64,000 nucleotides of DNA from Bacilli bacterium (GCA_017470005.1 JAFUFH010000037.1:26978-90977), one strand, 5' to 3'. Numbered from the stretch's first letter, positions 28,136 through 38,266 are shown. The notes: generated by a model from the sequence alone, not told the origin. Numbers and translations are program-made.

Positions 28136-30340
28136 ATGAAACACAAATCTTCACTACTCTTTGTCCTACCTCTCTTCCTTCTTTTCTCTTGCGGAGAATC
28201 TATTCCTTCCGCTACTACAACTACAGAAACAACAAGTGAAAACACTTCTGTTGAACCAGAACCTGTCATCACAAAAACTTTAACTATCGCTGCTTATCCG
28301 TCTTTAGACTTATTTGTCTACGATGCTTTAGATTTGACAGGACTTTTGGTGAATGAAAACACTTATACCGATGGTGTTTTAACCTCAAGTGAACCCATTG
28401 ATGATTATGAGCTTCGTTGGGCAGAAGATAAAAGCCTTGTCGCTAGCGATTATCGTTTCTTCAGTGAAGGTACTTATACCATTTTGATTGAAAAAGAAGG
28501 GGCAACAGGAACCAATTTCTCCTTTGAAGTCACAGAATCCACTGCTTTGATTCAAACTTTAGTGATCAACTCTCTTCCTAAAACAACCTATCATGTCGGG
28601 GACACTCTTTCTTTAGATGGTCTTTCTGTCTCTTTATCTACAAGATATAAAGCAGATAAATTCAAAAGATTCACTCAAGTGATTACCGACTATACTTTAA
28701 CCATCGATGGTGAAGAGGCGGATGGTTATGTGTTTGAAGATATGTGTCCTAAACAAATTGAAATCTCCTATCAAGGCTGGGAAAAAGATCTTTCTACTTC
28801 CTTCACCGTCTCTGCTGTAGGAGATTCACATCTTACTTCTTTAGATCACTACGAAGATTCCACCATCAATTGGAGAAAAGACTCCACGAAGATGACAGTA
28901 AGAATCTCTAATCCAAACAGACCTAACGAAGAAGGGGATAAAGGATATTTTGCTCCCGATGAGATTGTCAACGAATTCAATTTGAACCAATATTCTAAAA
29001 GAAATGCGTATAATTGGCATTACACTCCTTCCAAAGGAAAAGTTCCTTTCTTAATTGTTCCTGTCATTATTCCAGGATATGAATCTTGGGCAACAAATGA
29101 AAATTGGAACATGATTTACAAGGCGTTCTTTGGTAACTCTTCCTCGCTAAAATTTGAGTCCCTTCGTTCTTATTATTATCAATCTAGCTTTGGTCAATTA
29201 GATATCACAGGTGGTGTCACTGGATATTTCAATCCTGGTGAAGTAGATTCCACCTATAAGAAAGCCTCTGGTTTCACAGAATATACTACCGCTCAACTTG
29301 CGGATTTAGCTTGTAAATGGGCAGCCTCTTCTTATTCCGTCAATCTCAATGATTACGATACAGATGATGATGGTTGTATCGATGGTATGTGGATGGTTTA
29401 TTTACACCCCTCTTCTAGTAGCGGCAATTTCTGGGGCTACACCAGCACCACTTCTGAAGTAGGAACCGTGGAAGCTCCTAAAGTAAACACCTTTGGCTGG
29501 GCTTCTCTTGATTTCATTAATGATGATTTCCGCGGAAACGGCAAATATTTCAGCAATCATGAATGCGATGCTCACGTTCTCATCCATGAAACAGGACACA
29601 TGTTAGGTCTCTCTGATTATTATTCTTATGGAGAAGGCGGTTATGCCCCTACCGGAAATATGGATATGATGGATCACAACATCAATGACCACAATTCCTA
29701 TTCTAAGATGTTATATGGTTGGATTAATCCTTATATTGTCTATGGAAACGCAACCATCACACTTGATTCTATCCAGAGTCAAGACAGCGTGATTCTCATC
29801 CCTTATGATTCTGCTGAATATCTTAAAAACGAAGAAGGAAAAGTTCGTTTCACTCCTTTCGATGAGTATCTTATCTTAGATTATTTCACTCCTTTGAACT
29901 TGAATTCACAAGGATATGATTGCTACAGTATGAATCCTCTTACTGCTTCTGGTGGTAGACTAGAGCATGTCGATGCAAGATTGTTTAATTATTCCTATTC
30001 TGGAATAACCGAAATCAAAGCGAATGATTTACTTAACTCCGATGGTTCTTACAGCTATTTTAGACCTATTTCCAACACGGAATCTGGAAATAGAGCAGAA
30101 TCCATTTACCATTTAGAAAACGCAAATGCCTTTGATGAATTGCGCTGGATAACAGCAAACAAAGTCCTTGCTTCTGTTAACGACCCTGTAACGGATGCTT
30201 CTTTATTTACTGCTTCCTCTTCCTTCTCTTTTGAAGCTTTCAAAAACCAGTTCAACACAACAAAAAAGAACAACGAAAACTATTATTTCAACAATCAAGA
30301 ACCCACTTCTGCAAATTTTGAAATTATCTCTATTTCTTAA
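28136..30340 (+). CDS. Surface lipoprotein with Big_4-like Ig repeats and an M6 (immune inhibitor A-like) metalloprotease domain
   Basis: Lipobox LFSC-GES and a Thr-rich linker. Two repeats of the Y..GD.LDL.GL.V type. Zinc motif VLIHETGHMLGLSDYY. Confidence 0.7.
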   Translation: MKHKSSLLFVLPLFLLFSCGESIPSATTTTETTSENTSVEPEPVITKTLTIAAYPSLDLFVYDALDLTGLLVNENTYTDGVLTSSEPIDDYELRWAEDKSLVASDYRFFSEGTYTILIEKEGATGTNFSFEVTESTALIQTLVINSLPKTTYHVGDTLSLDGLSVSLSTRYKADKFKRFTQVITDYTLTIDGEEADGYVFEDMCPKQIEISYQGWEKDLSTSFTVSAVGDSHLTSLDHYEDSTINWRKDSTKMTVRISNPNRPNEEGDKGYFAPDEIVNEFNLNQYSKRNAYNWHYTPSKGKVPFLIVPVIIPGYESWATNENWNMIYKAFFGNSSSLKFESLRSYYYQSSFGQLDITGGVTGYFNPGEVDSTYKKASGFTEYTTAQLADLACKWAASSYSVNLNDYDTDDDGCIDGMWMVYLHPSSSSGNFWGYTSTTSEVGTVEAPKVNTFGWASLDFINDDFRGNGKYFSNHECDAHVLIHETGHMLGLSDYYSYGEGGYAPTGNMDMMDHNINDHNSYSKMLYGWINPYIVYGNATITLDSIQSQDSVILIPYDSAEYLKNEEGKVRFTPFDEYLILDYFTPLNLNSQGYDCYSMNPLTASGGRLEHVDARLFNYSYSGITEIKANDLLNSDGSYSYFRPISNTESGNRAESIYHLENANAFDELRWITANKVLASVNDPVTDASLFTASSSFSFEAFKNQFNTTKKNNENYYFNNQEPTSANFEIISIS

Positions 30341-30389
30341 GTAATTATCTCGTTATAATATAAATAATTAAAGTCATGGAGGTATGAAT

Positions 30390-30833
30390 ATGGACTTTTT
30401 GAAAAAGAACTCCCACTTCTTTGCTTGTGGAGCCGCTCTTCTCTCCTTCGTTGTTTTCTTCGTTTGTTTTGGTGCTGGTATTACTCTCGGCTCCGGAAAA
30501 CTTTCTGCTGACGCTTCTGTCTACGATCTCACCTTTGGAGACGGTATGGTTCCTGGCGTCTTGATCGCTTGGATTCTCTTATTAGTCGGTTTCTTGGCCT
30601 CCGTTGGCAGTGTTGCTTGCGCAATGGTCTTAAAGAATAAGCTCTTAGCCGCTCTCTGTGGTGCTTGTGCTTGTCTCGTATTACTCGTTTCTGGCATCTT
30701 ATACTTCCTTACCGGTCCGATGTCTTCTGAATATGTTTCTACTGGTGTCGGCGCTGTCTTCTGCGGAATCCTCAATATCTTAGCCGCTCTCTTAGCCGCT
30801 GTTCCCTGCGTCTCTCACTTCTTATTAAAGTAA
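30390..30833 (+). CDS. Small Cys-rich 4-TM membrane protein, unknown function
   Basis: 147 aa from the second ATG (GGAGGT lies 6 nt upstream). Four hydrophobic segments containing 8 Cys. Confidence 0.5.
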   Translation: MDFLKKNSHFFACGAALLSFVVFFVCFGAGITLGSGKLSADASVYDLTFGDGMVPGVLIAWILLLVGFLASVGSVACAMVLKNKLLAALCGACACLVLLVSGILYFLTGPMSSEYVSTGVGAVFCGILNILAALLAAVPCVSHFLLK

Positions 30834-30858
30834 GAATATAGCATTAAATCATATTAAA

Positions 30859-30887
30859 AGCTCAACCTTCGCGGTTGAGCTATTTTT
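30859..30887. terminator. Bidirectional terminator between the 4-TM gene and lgt
   Basis: AGCTCAACC-TTCGC-GGTTGAGCT followed by ATTTTTC. Confidence 0.7.
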
Positions 30888-31684
30888 CATTTTGTTTCTT
30901 CTTTCTTTTCTTCTACAACTTCGTTTTGAGGATAAGGAACAATATATTTATCCTTGAACTTCAAGATGAGAATCAAATAGGCAAGTCCACCTAAGAAGAG
31001 AACGATTGCCCAGAATTGAGAAGGAGTAAGACCAGGGATGAAGCTACCTCTGTGATCGTTTCTTAAGAACTCGATTAAGAATCTCCACACTCCGTAAGAC
31101 ATCATATAAATTGGTAATGTCTTTCTTGTTCTAAATTTGAAGGCTATAATCACTAAGATTGTGCCTAAGATGGCTAAGAAAATCGCCTCGAATAATTGTG
31201 TAGGCCAAACTTTTTGTCCGGGAGTTGTACTGAATTCAATACCGAAGATAGTATCTGTAGGGGCACCATAACAACAACCATCTAATGTGCACCCGATTCT
31301 TCCTACGCAATGGGCAAGAGGAGCAGCACCTCCTGCGATAGTGAGAAGTTGAGGAAGAGTGCCTGCATATTTCGGATTCTTTCTAAGGAAGATGTTGTAT
31401 CCAATAATGAAGATAACAACACCACCGACAACTCCACCAAAGAAGGTCATCGCCCATGTCCAATGATAATCGCTAGGATTTTCGATGAAATCATAGAGAT
31501 TTTGGAACAAAATTGCAGTGAGGAAACCAATTCCTGCAGAAACCGTGATCAATATTTCATAACCGGTAGCAACGCCTTTCTTCATATTGATCTTCTTAAA
31601 ATAAACTTCCACTAATACAAAAGCTAAAAAAACAGCTAAGACAGCAATGATAGGATAAATGTCAAAACCAATATCAGGAAGCAT
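30887..31684 (-). CDS. lgt: Phosphatidylglycerol--prolipoprotein diacylglyceryl transferase
   Basis: HCVGRIGCTLDGCCYG, PTQLFEA and RNDHRG motifs. ATG 31684 is preceded by GGAG and overlaps the CPBP gene end by 11 nt. Confidence 0.85.
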   Translation of the reverse strand: MLPDIGFDIYPIIAVLAVFLAFVLVEVYFKKINMKKGVATGYEILITVSAGIGFLTAILFQNLYDFIENPSDYHWTWAMTFFGGVVGGVVIFIIGYNIFLRKNPKYAGTLPQLLTIAGGAAPLAHCVGRIGCTLDGCCYGAPTDTIFGIEFSTTPGQKVWPTQLFEAIFLAILGTILVIIAFKFRTRKTLPIYMMSYGVWRFLIEFLRNDHRGSFIPGLTPSQFWAIVLFLGGLAYLILILKFKDKYIVPYPQNEVVEEKKEETK

Positions 31685-32432
31685 GTTCTTTTCTCCAATA
31701 AATAAAGTAAACAAGGCCGAAATATGCCACAATTATAATACTCAAACCACCATTAAACAAGAAATAAGCCATATCCTTATTTCCGTTAAATAAAGCAACA
31801 TATAGATTCGTATTTAAGAAATTAAATAAGAAGTGCGCGACAATCGGAAGAACCGGAGTCTCTATACGTAAAGCAATCACGCCTAAAACCAATCCTAAAA
31901 CGAACGTATATCCAATCTGGGCAAGAACCGCTAAAGGAGCAGAACCAAAGAAGTTGATACAATGCATTAAAGCAAAAGCGAGTGCAGAGAAGAGAATCGT
32001 GAGTTCTTCTTGATATTTATGACCTTCATATAAGTCCCACATCAATCGTAAGAACAGGATTCTGAATAATAATTCTTCTATAATTACAGCCAACACTGTG
32101 GTTGACAACTTTCCTATGAAGTCTACGAGTTGGATTTCACTATTCATAGGCTGCTGGAAAATAAATCCATATAAGATATTAGATCCAGCTCCCAAGATAA
32201 GAGGTAAAACAAATAAAGGATGAATTCGTCTCTTCGGCTTTTCCACCTCCACAGGGATTCTCTTAATTTCAATGATAATCAAAGCAATAATACCCGCAAA
32301 ACAAAGAGATTTGACCAAATGAAATAACCAATCAATTGGAATCCAATCAGAAAGAGGAAGCAATTGAATGCCAAAATACAAACATAGAAGATAAATAAAG
32401 GAATACAATGTGTTTTTAAGCTTCTTTTCCAT
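31674..32432 (-). CDS. CPBP-family (CAAX/Abi) intramembrane glutamic protease
   Basis: All three CPBP motifs are present: IIEELLFR, FALMHCINF and VAHFLFNFL. The start overlaps the upstream 964-aa ORF by 17 nt. Confidence 0.8.
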   Translation of the reverse strand: MEKKLKNTLYSFIYLLCLYFGIQLLPLSDWIPIDWLFHLVKSLCFAGIIALIIIEIKRIPVEVEKPKRRIHPLFVLPLILGAGSNILYGFIFQQPMNSEIQLVDFIGKLSTTVLAVIIEELLFRILFLRLMWDLYEGHKYQEELTILFSALAFALMHCINFFGSAPLAVLAQIGYTFVLGLVLGVIALRIETPVLPIVAHFLFNFLNTNLYVALFNGNKDMAYFLFNGGLSIIIVAYFGLVYFIYWRKEHAS

Positions 32433-35310
32433 ATTTCAATGCTTTGAATAAATTCTCCGGCTCAAACAAGAACTCGTAGGTGTCTAAACAATATAACATA
32501 ATATTCTCATACATCGCTAAATAACGTGCTAATTCTGATAAGGCAGTTCTATCATACTCATGCGTAAGTAAAATATCTGGGACGATAGCAAATTGACGCT
32601 CTCCATCCACAATCAAAAGTGGGAAGGCAGCTGATTCTTGCTCTAGTATCATTTGATGTTTCTCGCATTCTTCTTTCAAATACTGCAAGAATTTTTCCGG
32701 AAGCCTATCAAAATCGAAGGCTTTGGTATACGCTTCACGGGAGATGACACTTTGATGATAACCTTGAATTCTATCATCACTTTGCTCTTCTGTAGAGATA
32801 AACATGGTCTTTTCACCCACACGATAAGCGTTAACTAATTCGACATGAGAGAATTTTTCACTTTCAAATGTGACAACTAGATCAAATAAATCATTTGGTA
32901 TCTTATGTAAATCTTTAGAAGCGACAACACATAAAGGATAATTGGAGATAATGAGATTCCAAAGATCTAATTTATCTTGATAGGAGAAGCCTTTCTCGCT
33001 CTCTTCTAATATTCTTTGTTTTTGATTTCTATACACCAAAGAATTGTTCCATTCTTCCACTTCTTTCTCATACAAACCATAACGATGTCGATTGATCTTT
33101 TCTGCCATATGAAGCAAAGAATATTGATAGTCACTAAAAGCTTTGTAATAACGATCTACATATTCAGAGAAGATCTCTTTTCCATGAGAGTAATAGGACT
33201 TTAATAAAGAGATACGGAATTCTGCACCGAAGTGTTCTAATGTTTGCTTTCTTTCTTTATATTTACCAAGAGTGAGTTGTAAAAGAAGGGAAGTATCTTC
33301 TAATCTCTCTTTAAAGAGCGCGTATTCTGAGAATTCCTCAAAGGTGAGAAGAGAGTCTTGTGAGAAAGTTTGCAATAAAACAGGAAGAGGTTGATTCTCA
33401 AACCCAAAATCTTTGATATCCAAGAAGTATTTTTGATATTGGTTCAAATCATTCGTTAATTCTTCCACCTCTTTTCTTAGCTCTTCAATGAAAGAAACAG
33501 AGGCAATACGGAATTCTTTATCTCTTAAGCATCTCTTTACAAAGGGATTTTCTAAATGGAAATCGGGATTCTCTTTTCCTCTTTGATTGAATTGGTGGAT
33601 ATAGTTCACATTAGATTGAATCTCTAACACTCCATTCATGGTAGAGACACTATCTCCGTACACTTCAATATAAGCAGGTAATACTTCTTGAATTTCCTTT
33701 TGAGCGTGCAAATACTTTAAAATCACTTCTACTAAAGAAGGGACATAATCTTTTTGATTCTTACAAAGTCTTTCTAATTCTTTTCTGGCTTTACGCTTGG
33801 TAAAGAATTTATTCGAAGAATAATCTAATACCAATCGATTTAAATCTCGACTAAAAATCCCTTCACTACAAAGGTTCATTAAGATTGTCTTAGTAGAAGA
33901 TAACGTTTGGAATTGTTCTTTCAATTGAGAAAGAGAGAATTTGCTTTCGGTATCTTGGTTTAAACGGAAATACTTTCTTGGGAATCCGTTATATTCTTGT
34001 AAGATTCGACCATCTTCACAAATGTTTTTCACATCCTTAAGAGTTTCCGCTTTCAATCCATACGCTTTGATTGGATTATCTTCTTCCAAGAAGTGTTCAA
34101 TATCACGAATCTTATTCATGATAGAGATGATGAGAAGTTGTAAGGAATCATAATTCACTCTCGTGTTTCTAGAAGTTAATCCATAGTAAGGGTGATTGGT
34201 AATATAAGTGCTTTTAACGGTTTCCAACTCATCTAAAAGCAAACAGAATTTTTCATCGTTTTCAAATTCACTTCCTTGATATCCTTCCGCATTTAACGGA
34301 TAGGTATGAGAAGAAGGACTATTTTGACTCTCTATCTCTCTAAAATAAGCTAGGGTCATCCAAGGTTTAGGATAAGAGAAGCATTCTTCTCTCTTATCTT
34401 CATAGACATGGAACTGTTCCTCTTTTTGAAGAATTGTATTATATTCGTATTCTTCATCTCGAGTGACGCTTTGAAAATCTCTATCCTTTAATAAAGAGAG
34501 AAGGTGAGAATACCTTTCATCTTGAATCAAATAAGCAAAATCTTGTAAGTTTTGTTGTTTTAAATAAGAGAAAACACGTCCAGTCTCTTTCTCATCGCTC
34601 ACAATTAAGACTTTAATCTTCTTATCTAACGAATAATCAAATAAACGGTTCAAAAAGTCGTGGAGAATGCTTTTCTCACGAATGGTGACTCTTGTTCCCT
34701 GATATTGATTAATTCGTTCTAGAACACGGATTTGCTTTGCAAAAAAGCCAAAAGATTGATCAAAGACTTCATCTTCTTGTTTCTGCTTCTTCAATTCCCT
34801 AAATAACGCTTCATATTTCTTATCCTGGGCATTATTGAAGACAAGATCATATAAGAACGGGAAAGCTTTGTTATAAAGAAGGACTTCTCCATCCACAAAA
34901 GTGAAATGAAACACGATGCTGACTTTATCGTTAGCGTGAATACGATCGATTTCTTTCTTGATGTAGGAATAAAGATTCTGAATCTCATTGATATTGAGAT
35001 CCTCTTTCATCGTGATTCCTAAATCCGTTAAAAACTGAAGAGCGAGCTGGTTGAATTCTAAAGTTTCTACCACAATCTTTTGCTCATCTAATAAACAATA
35101 ATATAAGGGATAATAAATCTCTTCATTTTTATTCTCAATGCTTAGAATAGAAACATATTTCTTTTCCGAAACAACAGGGATTTCTTTACCAAACAAAAAT
35201 AAGAGACTGTCGTCTTCACTATATCTATCTTTCGCTTCTATCAAAGAAAGTCTTTCTTTACTCTCTTGAAATAGATCCAATAAATTTAGATGTCTTGTCT
35301 CTTTTTCCAT
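32416..35310 (-). CDS. Large (964 aa) cytoplasmic protein; apparent catalytically degenerate relative of DUF4011-type SF1 helicase / REase-like proteins
   Basis: Long uninterrupted ORF. Segments KIKVLIVSDEKETGRVFSYLKQQNLQDFAYLI and FDLVVTFESEKF...MFISTEEQ resemble helicase regions, but the GxGKS/T and DE motifs are missing. No SD is present; the ATG lies 7 nt after TAAAAT. Confidence 0.55.
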   Translation of the reverse strand: MEKETRHLNLLDLFQESKERLSLIEAKDRYSEDDSLLFLFGKEIPVVSEKKYVSILSIENKNEEIYYPLYYCLLDEQKIVVETLEFNQLALQFLTDLGITMKEDLNINEIQNLYSYIKKEIDRIHANDKVSIVFHFTFVDGEVLLYNKAFPFLYDLVFNNAQDKKYEALFRELKKQKQEDEVFDQSFGFFAKQIRVLERINQYQGTRVTIREKSILHDFLNRLFDYSLDKKIKVLIVSDEKETGRVFSYLKQQNLQDFAYLIQDERYSHLLSLLKDRDFQSVTRDEEYEYNTILQKEEQFHVYEDKREECFSYPKPWMTLAYFREIESQNSPSSHTYPLNAEGYQGSEFENDEKFCLLLDELETVKSTYITNHPYYGLTSRNTRVNYDSLQLLIISIMNKIRDIEHFLEEDNPIKAYGLKAETLKDVKNICEDGRILQEYNGFPRKYFRLNQDTESKFSLSQLKEQFQTLSSTKTILMNLCSEGIFSRDLNRLVLDYSSNKFFTKRKARKELERLCKNQKDYVPSLVEVILKYLHAQKEIQEVLPAYIEVYGDSVSTMNGVLEIQSNVNYIHQFNQRGKENPDFHLENPFVKRCLRDKEFRIASVSFIEELRKEVEELTNDLNQYQKYFLDIKDFGFENQPLPVLLQTFSQDSLLTFEEFSEYALFKERLEDTSLLLQLTLGKYKERKQTLEHFGAEFRISLLKSYYSHGKEIFSEYVDRYYKAFSDYQYSLLHMAEKINRHRYGLYEKEVEEWNNSLVYRNQKQRILEESEKGFSYQDKLDLWNLIISNYPLCVVASKDLHKIPNDLFDLVVTFESEKFSHVELVNAYRVGEKTMFISTEEQSDDRIQGYHQSVISREAYTKAFDFDRLPEKFLQYLKEECEKHQMILEQESAAFPLLIVDGERQFAIVPDILLTHEYDRTALSELARYLAMYENIMLYCLDTYEFLFEPENLFKALKYGKEA

Positions 35311-35337
35311 ATGATATATTTTAATATTTTACTTGAA

Positions 35338-35360
35338 ACAAAAAAAGAGCCTTGCGGCTC
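35338..35360 (-). terminator. Intrinsic terminator after rpmE
   Basis: Minus strand AGAGCC-GCAA-GGCTCT followed by TTTTTTTG. Confidence 0.8.
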
Positions 35361-35367
35361 TTCTAGA

Positions 35368-35574
35368 TTACTTAACGCTTTCGAGTTTCTTTCTGAATTT
35401 AGCAACACGGCCAGTATCGGCAGTGATGTTGATCTTGCCAGTGTAGAAAGAATGGCACTTGGAGCAAGTATCGACCTTGATTTCAGGTTCAGTAGAACCA
35501 GTTTCAAAGGTGTTTCCGCAAGTCAAGCAGATGACTTTAGCGCGATAATATTTCGGATGAATGTTGTTTTTCAT
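35368..35574 (-). CDS. rpmE: 50S ribosomal protein L31 (type A, Zn-binding)
   Basis: MKNNIHPKYY...CLTCGNTF...CSKCHSFYTGK. Confidence 0.9.
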   Translation of the reverse strand: MKNNIHPKYYRAKVICLTCGNTFETGSTEPEIKVDTCSKCHSFYTGKINITADTGRVAKFRKKLESVK

Positions 35575-35672
35575 GATTAATTACCCTCCTATACAATCCG
35601 GCATTAACACGTTCGCAAGCGTATCAAGCATTGATAAATATATCACAAGCGTTTGTTTCTTACAAGAATTAT

Positions 35673-35963
35673 TTAGATGTCTTTACCACAGTTTTTACAA
35701 AAAGGGGCATCTTTATCATTTTTTGTGTGACAATGAGGGCATTCTTTCTTCTCGTATCGTGTTTCATCTTTCTCACCAAACTGTCTATAAAACACCTGAT
35801 TAAGAACAAATCCAACTAGAGCAGCAAGAGAAAGTACAAGGCATAAAATTGCCCAAACATTAAAGGTTGAGCTACTTGCCAACTCATAGATAAACATTGC
35901 ACTTGTCACTAAAAACATCGCTAAGAATACATAAACAAATATCTGATAAACAATACGTTTCAT
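35673..35963 (-). CDS. Small 2-TM protein with a C-terminal zinc ribbon
   Basis: 96 aa. Two TM segments, then CPHCHTKNDKDAPFCKNCG. Confidence 0.55.
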   Translation of the reverse strand: MKRIVYQIFVYVFLAMFLVTSAMFIYELASSSTFNVWAILCLVLSLAALVGFVLNQVFYRQFGEKDETRYEKKECPHCHTKNDKDAPFCKNCGKDI

Positions 35964-35973
35964 ATAAGCAACC

Positions 35974-36008
35974 TTGAGAGAAAAGGCTGTCTGGATCCAG
36001 ACAGCCTT
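35974..36008 (-). terminator. Intrinsic terminator after lipoprotein gene 36032..38056
   Basis: 26-bp perfect palindrome AAGGCTGTCTGGATCCAGACAGCCTT followed on the minus strand by TTTTCTCTC. Confidence 0.8.
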
Positions 36009-36031
36009 AGTGAATCGAGTAATGATAGAAA

Positions 36032-38056
36032 TTAGTCAACAGGATTAATCAAAGCCATGACTTGTTCATGGAAAGGATTAAGCTCAGCAGTCTTACCGAA
36101 GCCAGAAAGTTTAGGGGCAAATAAGGAGTAGCGGTTAGAACCATCGGCATCAGAAGCAGCTAAGAAGCCGACTTCACTAACCACGTTAATTTCCTTAGTT
36201 CCGCCATCTTCAGCATCAACAGTTTCTTTGGCATAGGAGACAGACATACCAGCGATGTAGTTGACAGCCTTATCCGCTTCACCAACATACCAATTAGAGA
36301 TATCTTCAAAAACGTTTTGGGCATTGCAATAATACCATTGACCATAACCAGTGAAGACTTCAGCGGGAGTTTCACCTAAGTTGTAGATTAAGCCTTCAGT
36401 GAAGAGAGCCATAGTGGAAGCATAGTTAGAAACGCCGTTGGCAGGATCAAATTGAACTTGCCAGAGGTTCACTTCTTCAGTGCCTTCCAATACTTCTCCA
36501 ACAGTGAAGGTACCACTTTCACCTTCACCATCGCCTTCAGTCTCAGGGAAAGTATATTCGATTTCGTGAATACCATCAGCCTTCTTGATGTAACCGAAGA
36601 CGGCTTGGTCACGACCGAAGAGTTTAGCATATTCAGGACCATAGTAGACTAAGAGGTAATTTTTGTTGTAGAAGCAATAGTAAGGAGCGGAATCATAGTC
36701 ACCAGTTTCAGCATTTTTCTTATAGAGATTTCTAGTCATGACATAATCATTGCCATTGACAGCATCCATAGCATCTTGTAAAGCAGTAACTAAGGTAGGT
36801 AATTTAGCTTCAGCGGTGGCAAGATAAGTATCTAATCCATCAAGAGCTGCAGTTTCACCAATACCAGAGATAGTGGCAGTCAAATTCTGAGTTTCGTTGT
36901 ATAAGTCGATTTGGATGAGTTCACCATCTAAGACAGTGATTGTGGTTTCATAGACAGCAGCTAAGCCAGAGAAAGAAGTGACACCAGCATTGATTTGGGC
37001 ATAGAATCCGCCAAGATCCAACATTTCTAACAACAAGGTTTCAACAAACATATTGTTGTAGCTTGTATCACTTTCTGAACCAACGATTTCATAAACGTTG
37101 TCATCGGTCTTCTTAGAAGCTAACCAGTTAGGGTTGATAGCTTGTAAGCCGAAGAAAGTACCAACATCGTTAGCGGAAGAGGCATCAACACCCGCACCAG
37201 CAAAGTTATCGCCGTTGAGCAAACCGAGGGAGGTCTTGAGAACATCGCCAGGTTCAACAAACTTTCCATCAGAATCTACAAGTAAATCGAAGGCGTTGTT
37301 GTTCTTATCCACACCGATACCAACATAGCTGTTACCAGTGTTTTTGTTTGTTAACCAATAAGCATCAGCAACGACATCATCTAAAGTAGTAGCGGTAGAA
37401 ATCTTGTTTTCATCAATGACGTGTTTGATGTTAGTAACAGCCTTTTCCGTGACAGAAATGGTGGAATAAGGAACACGAGTATCCTCATCGACACCTTCGA
37501 TTCCACCTAAAGCGTCAACTTCAGCTTCAGTGAGATTTCTAGTGACATCGATAGTGTAGTTGTTGTTCTTGATGAGGTTACCCCAAACAGTCTTAAGGGC
37601 GCTTAATCTCTTCTTAACAACAACCTTGATGCTGACAGAGACATTAGGATCAGCGACAGAGGTGGCAACAACAGTAGCTTCACCGATCTTGTTGGCGTGA
37701 ACCTTTAAAGAACCGGGGACACCTTGAGTGTTGTCAGGTAAGTCGATGATATCGCCATCCTGTTCAGAAGTGAAGTTAAGAGTCTTAGGTAAAGAAGGAT
37801 CTTCAGAAGTGACGGTGACTTTGATGGTGACATCAGCAAGTCTTTCCACTTCATAAACTTCCTTACCAGGAGTCAAAGTGATCTTAGACTTTTCAGGAGT
37901 GGTAATATCAGGCGAGGTGTTTTCAGTAGTAGCGGGTGTTGTTTCAGCAGTAGCAGTATCAGTAGTTGTAGGATTTGTTGCGGTAGTTGCTTCTCCTCCA
38001 CAGGAAGTGAGACCGAGTAAAGCAACTGTCATTAATGTAAAAAATTTCTTTTTCAT
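36032..38056 (-). CDS. Surface lipoprotein, Big_2 Ig-like domain plus an uncharacterised ~500-aa domain (paralog A)
   Basis: Start moved to ATG 38056 (AAAGGAG upstream). MKKKFFTLMTVALLGLTSC-GG lipobox and a Thr-rich linker. Big_2-like ...VHANKIGEATVVATS... segment. Shares motifs with the next gene. Confidence 0.75.
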   Translation of the reverse strand: MKKKFFTLMTVALLGLTSCGGEATTATNPTTTDTATAETTPATTENTSPDITTPEKSKITLTPGKEVYEVERLADVTIKVTVTSEDPSLPKTLNFTSEQDGDIIDLPDNTQGVPGSLKVHANKIGEATVVATSVADPNVSVSIKVVVKKRLSALKTVWGNLIKNNNYTIDVTRNLTEAEVDALGGIEGVDEDTRVPYSTISVTEKAVTNIKHVIDENKISTATTLDDVVADAYWLTNKNTGNSYVGIGVDKNNNAFDLLVDSDGKFVEPGDVLKTSLGLLNGDNFAGAGVDASSANDVGTFFGLQAINPNWLASKKTDDNVYEIVGSESDTSYNNMFVETLLLEMLDLGGFYAQINAGVTSFSGLAAVYETTITVLDGELIQIDLYNETQNLTATISGIGETAALDGLDTYLATAEAKLPTLVTALQDAMDAVNGNDYVMTRNLYKKNAETGDYDSAPYYCFYNKNYLLVYYGPEYAKLFGRDQAVFGYIKKADGIHEIEYTFPETEGDGEGESGTFTVGEVLEGTEEVNLWQVQFDPANGVSNYASTMALFTEGLIYNLGETPAEVFTGYGQWYYCNAQNVFEDISNWYVGEADKAVNYIAGMSVSYAKETVDAEDGGTKEINVVSEVGFLAASDADGSNRYSLFAPKLSGFGKTAELNPFHEQVMALINPVD

Positions 38057-38251
38057 ATACGGTTTTCTCCTTTTTAATACGGGTTTCATTATCTCAAAAC
38101 GAGTTTTAAATGTTAATGATTTGGTTTCTCTAACCTTATTAATATATGGTATTTTCAATCTGTGTTTTTTTGCAAAGAAACATTCTTTTTTAATGTTTTT
38201 TTAAGTTTTTTTACCAAATTTTGAATACTTTATCATTAAGTTAAAGAATAA

Positions 38252-38265
38252 TGTAAACGCTACCA
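38252..38265. promoter_or_regulatory. cre-like box TGTAAACGCTACCA upstream of lipoprotein paralog A
   Basis: Matches TGWAANCGNTNWCA at all but one position. Lies 196 nt upstream of ATG 38056. Confidence 0.5.
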
Positions 38266-38266
38266 T

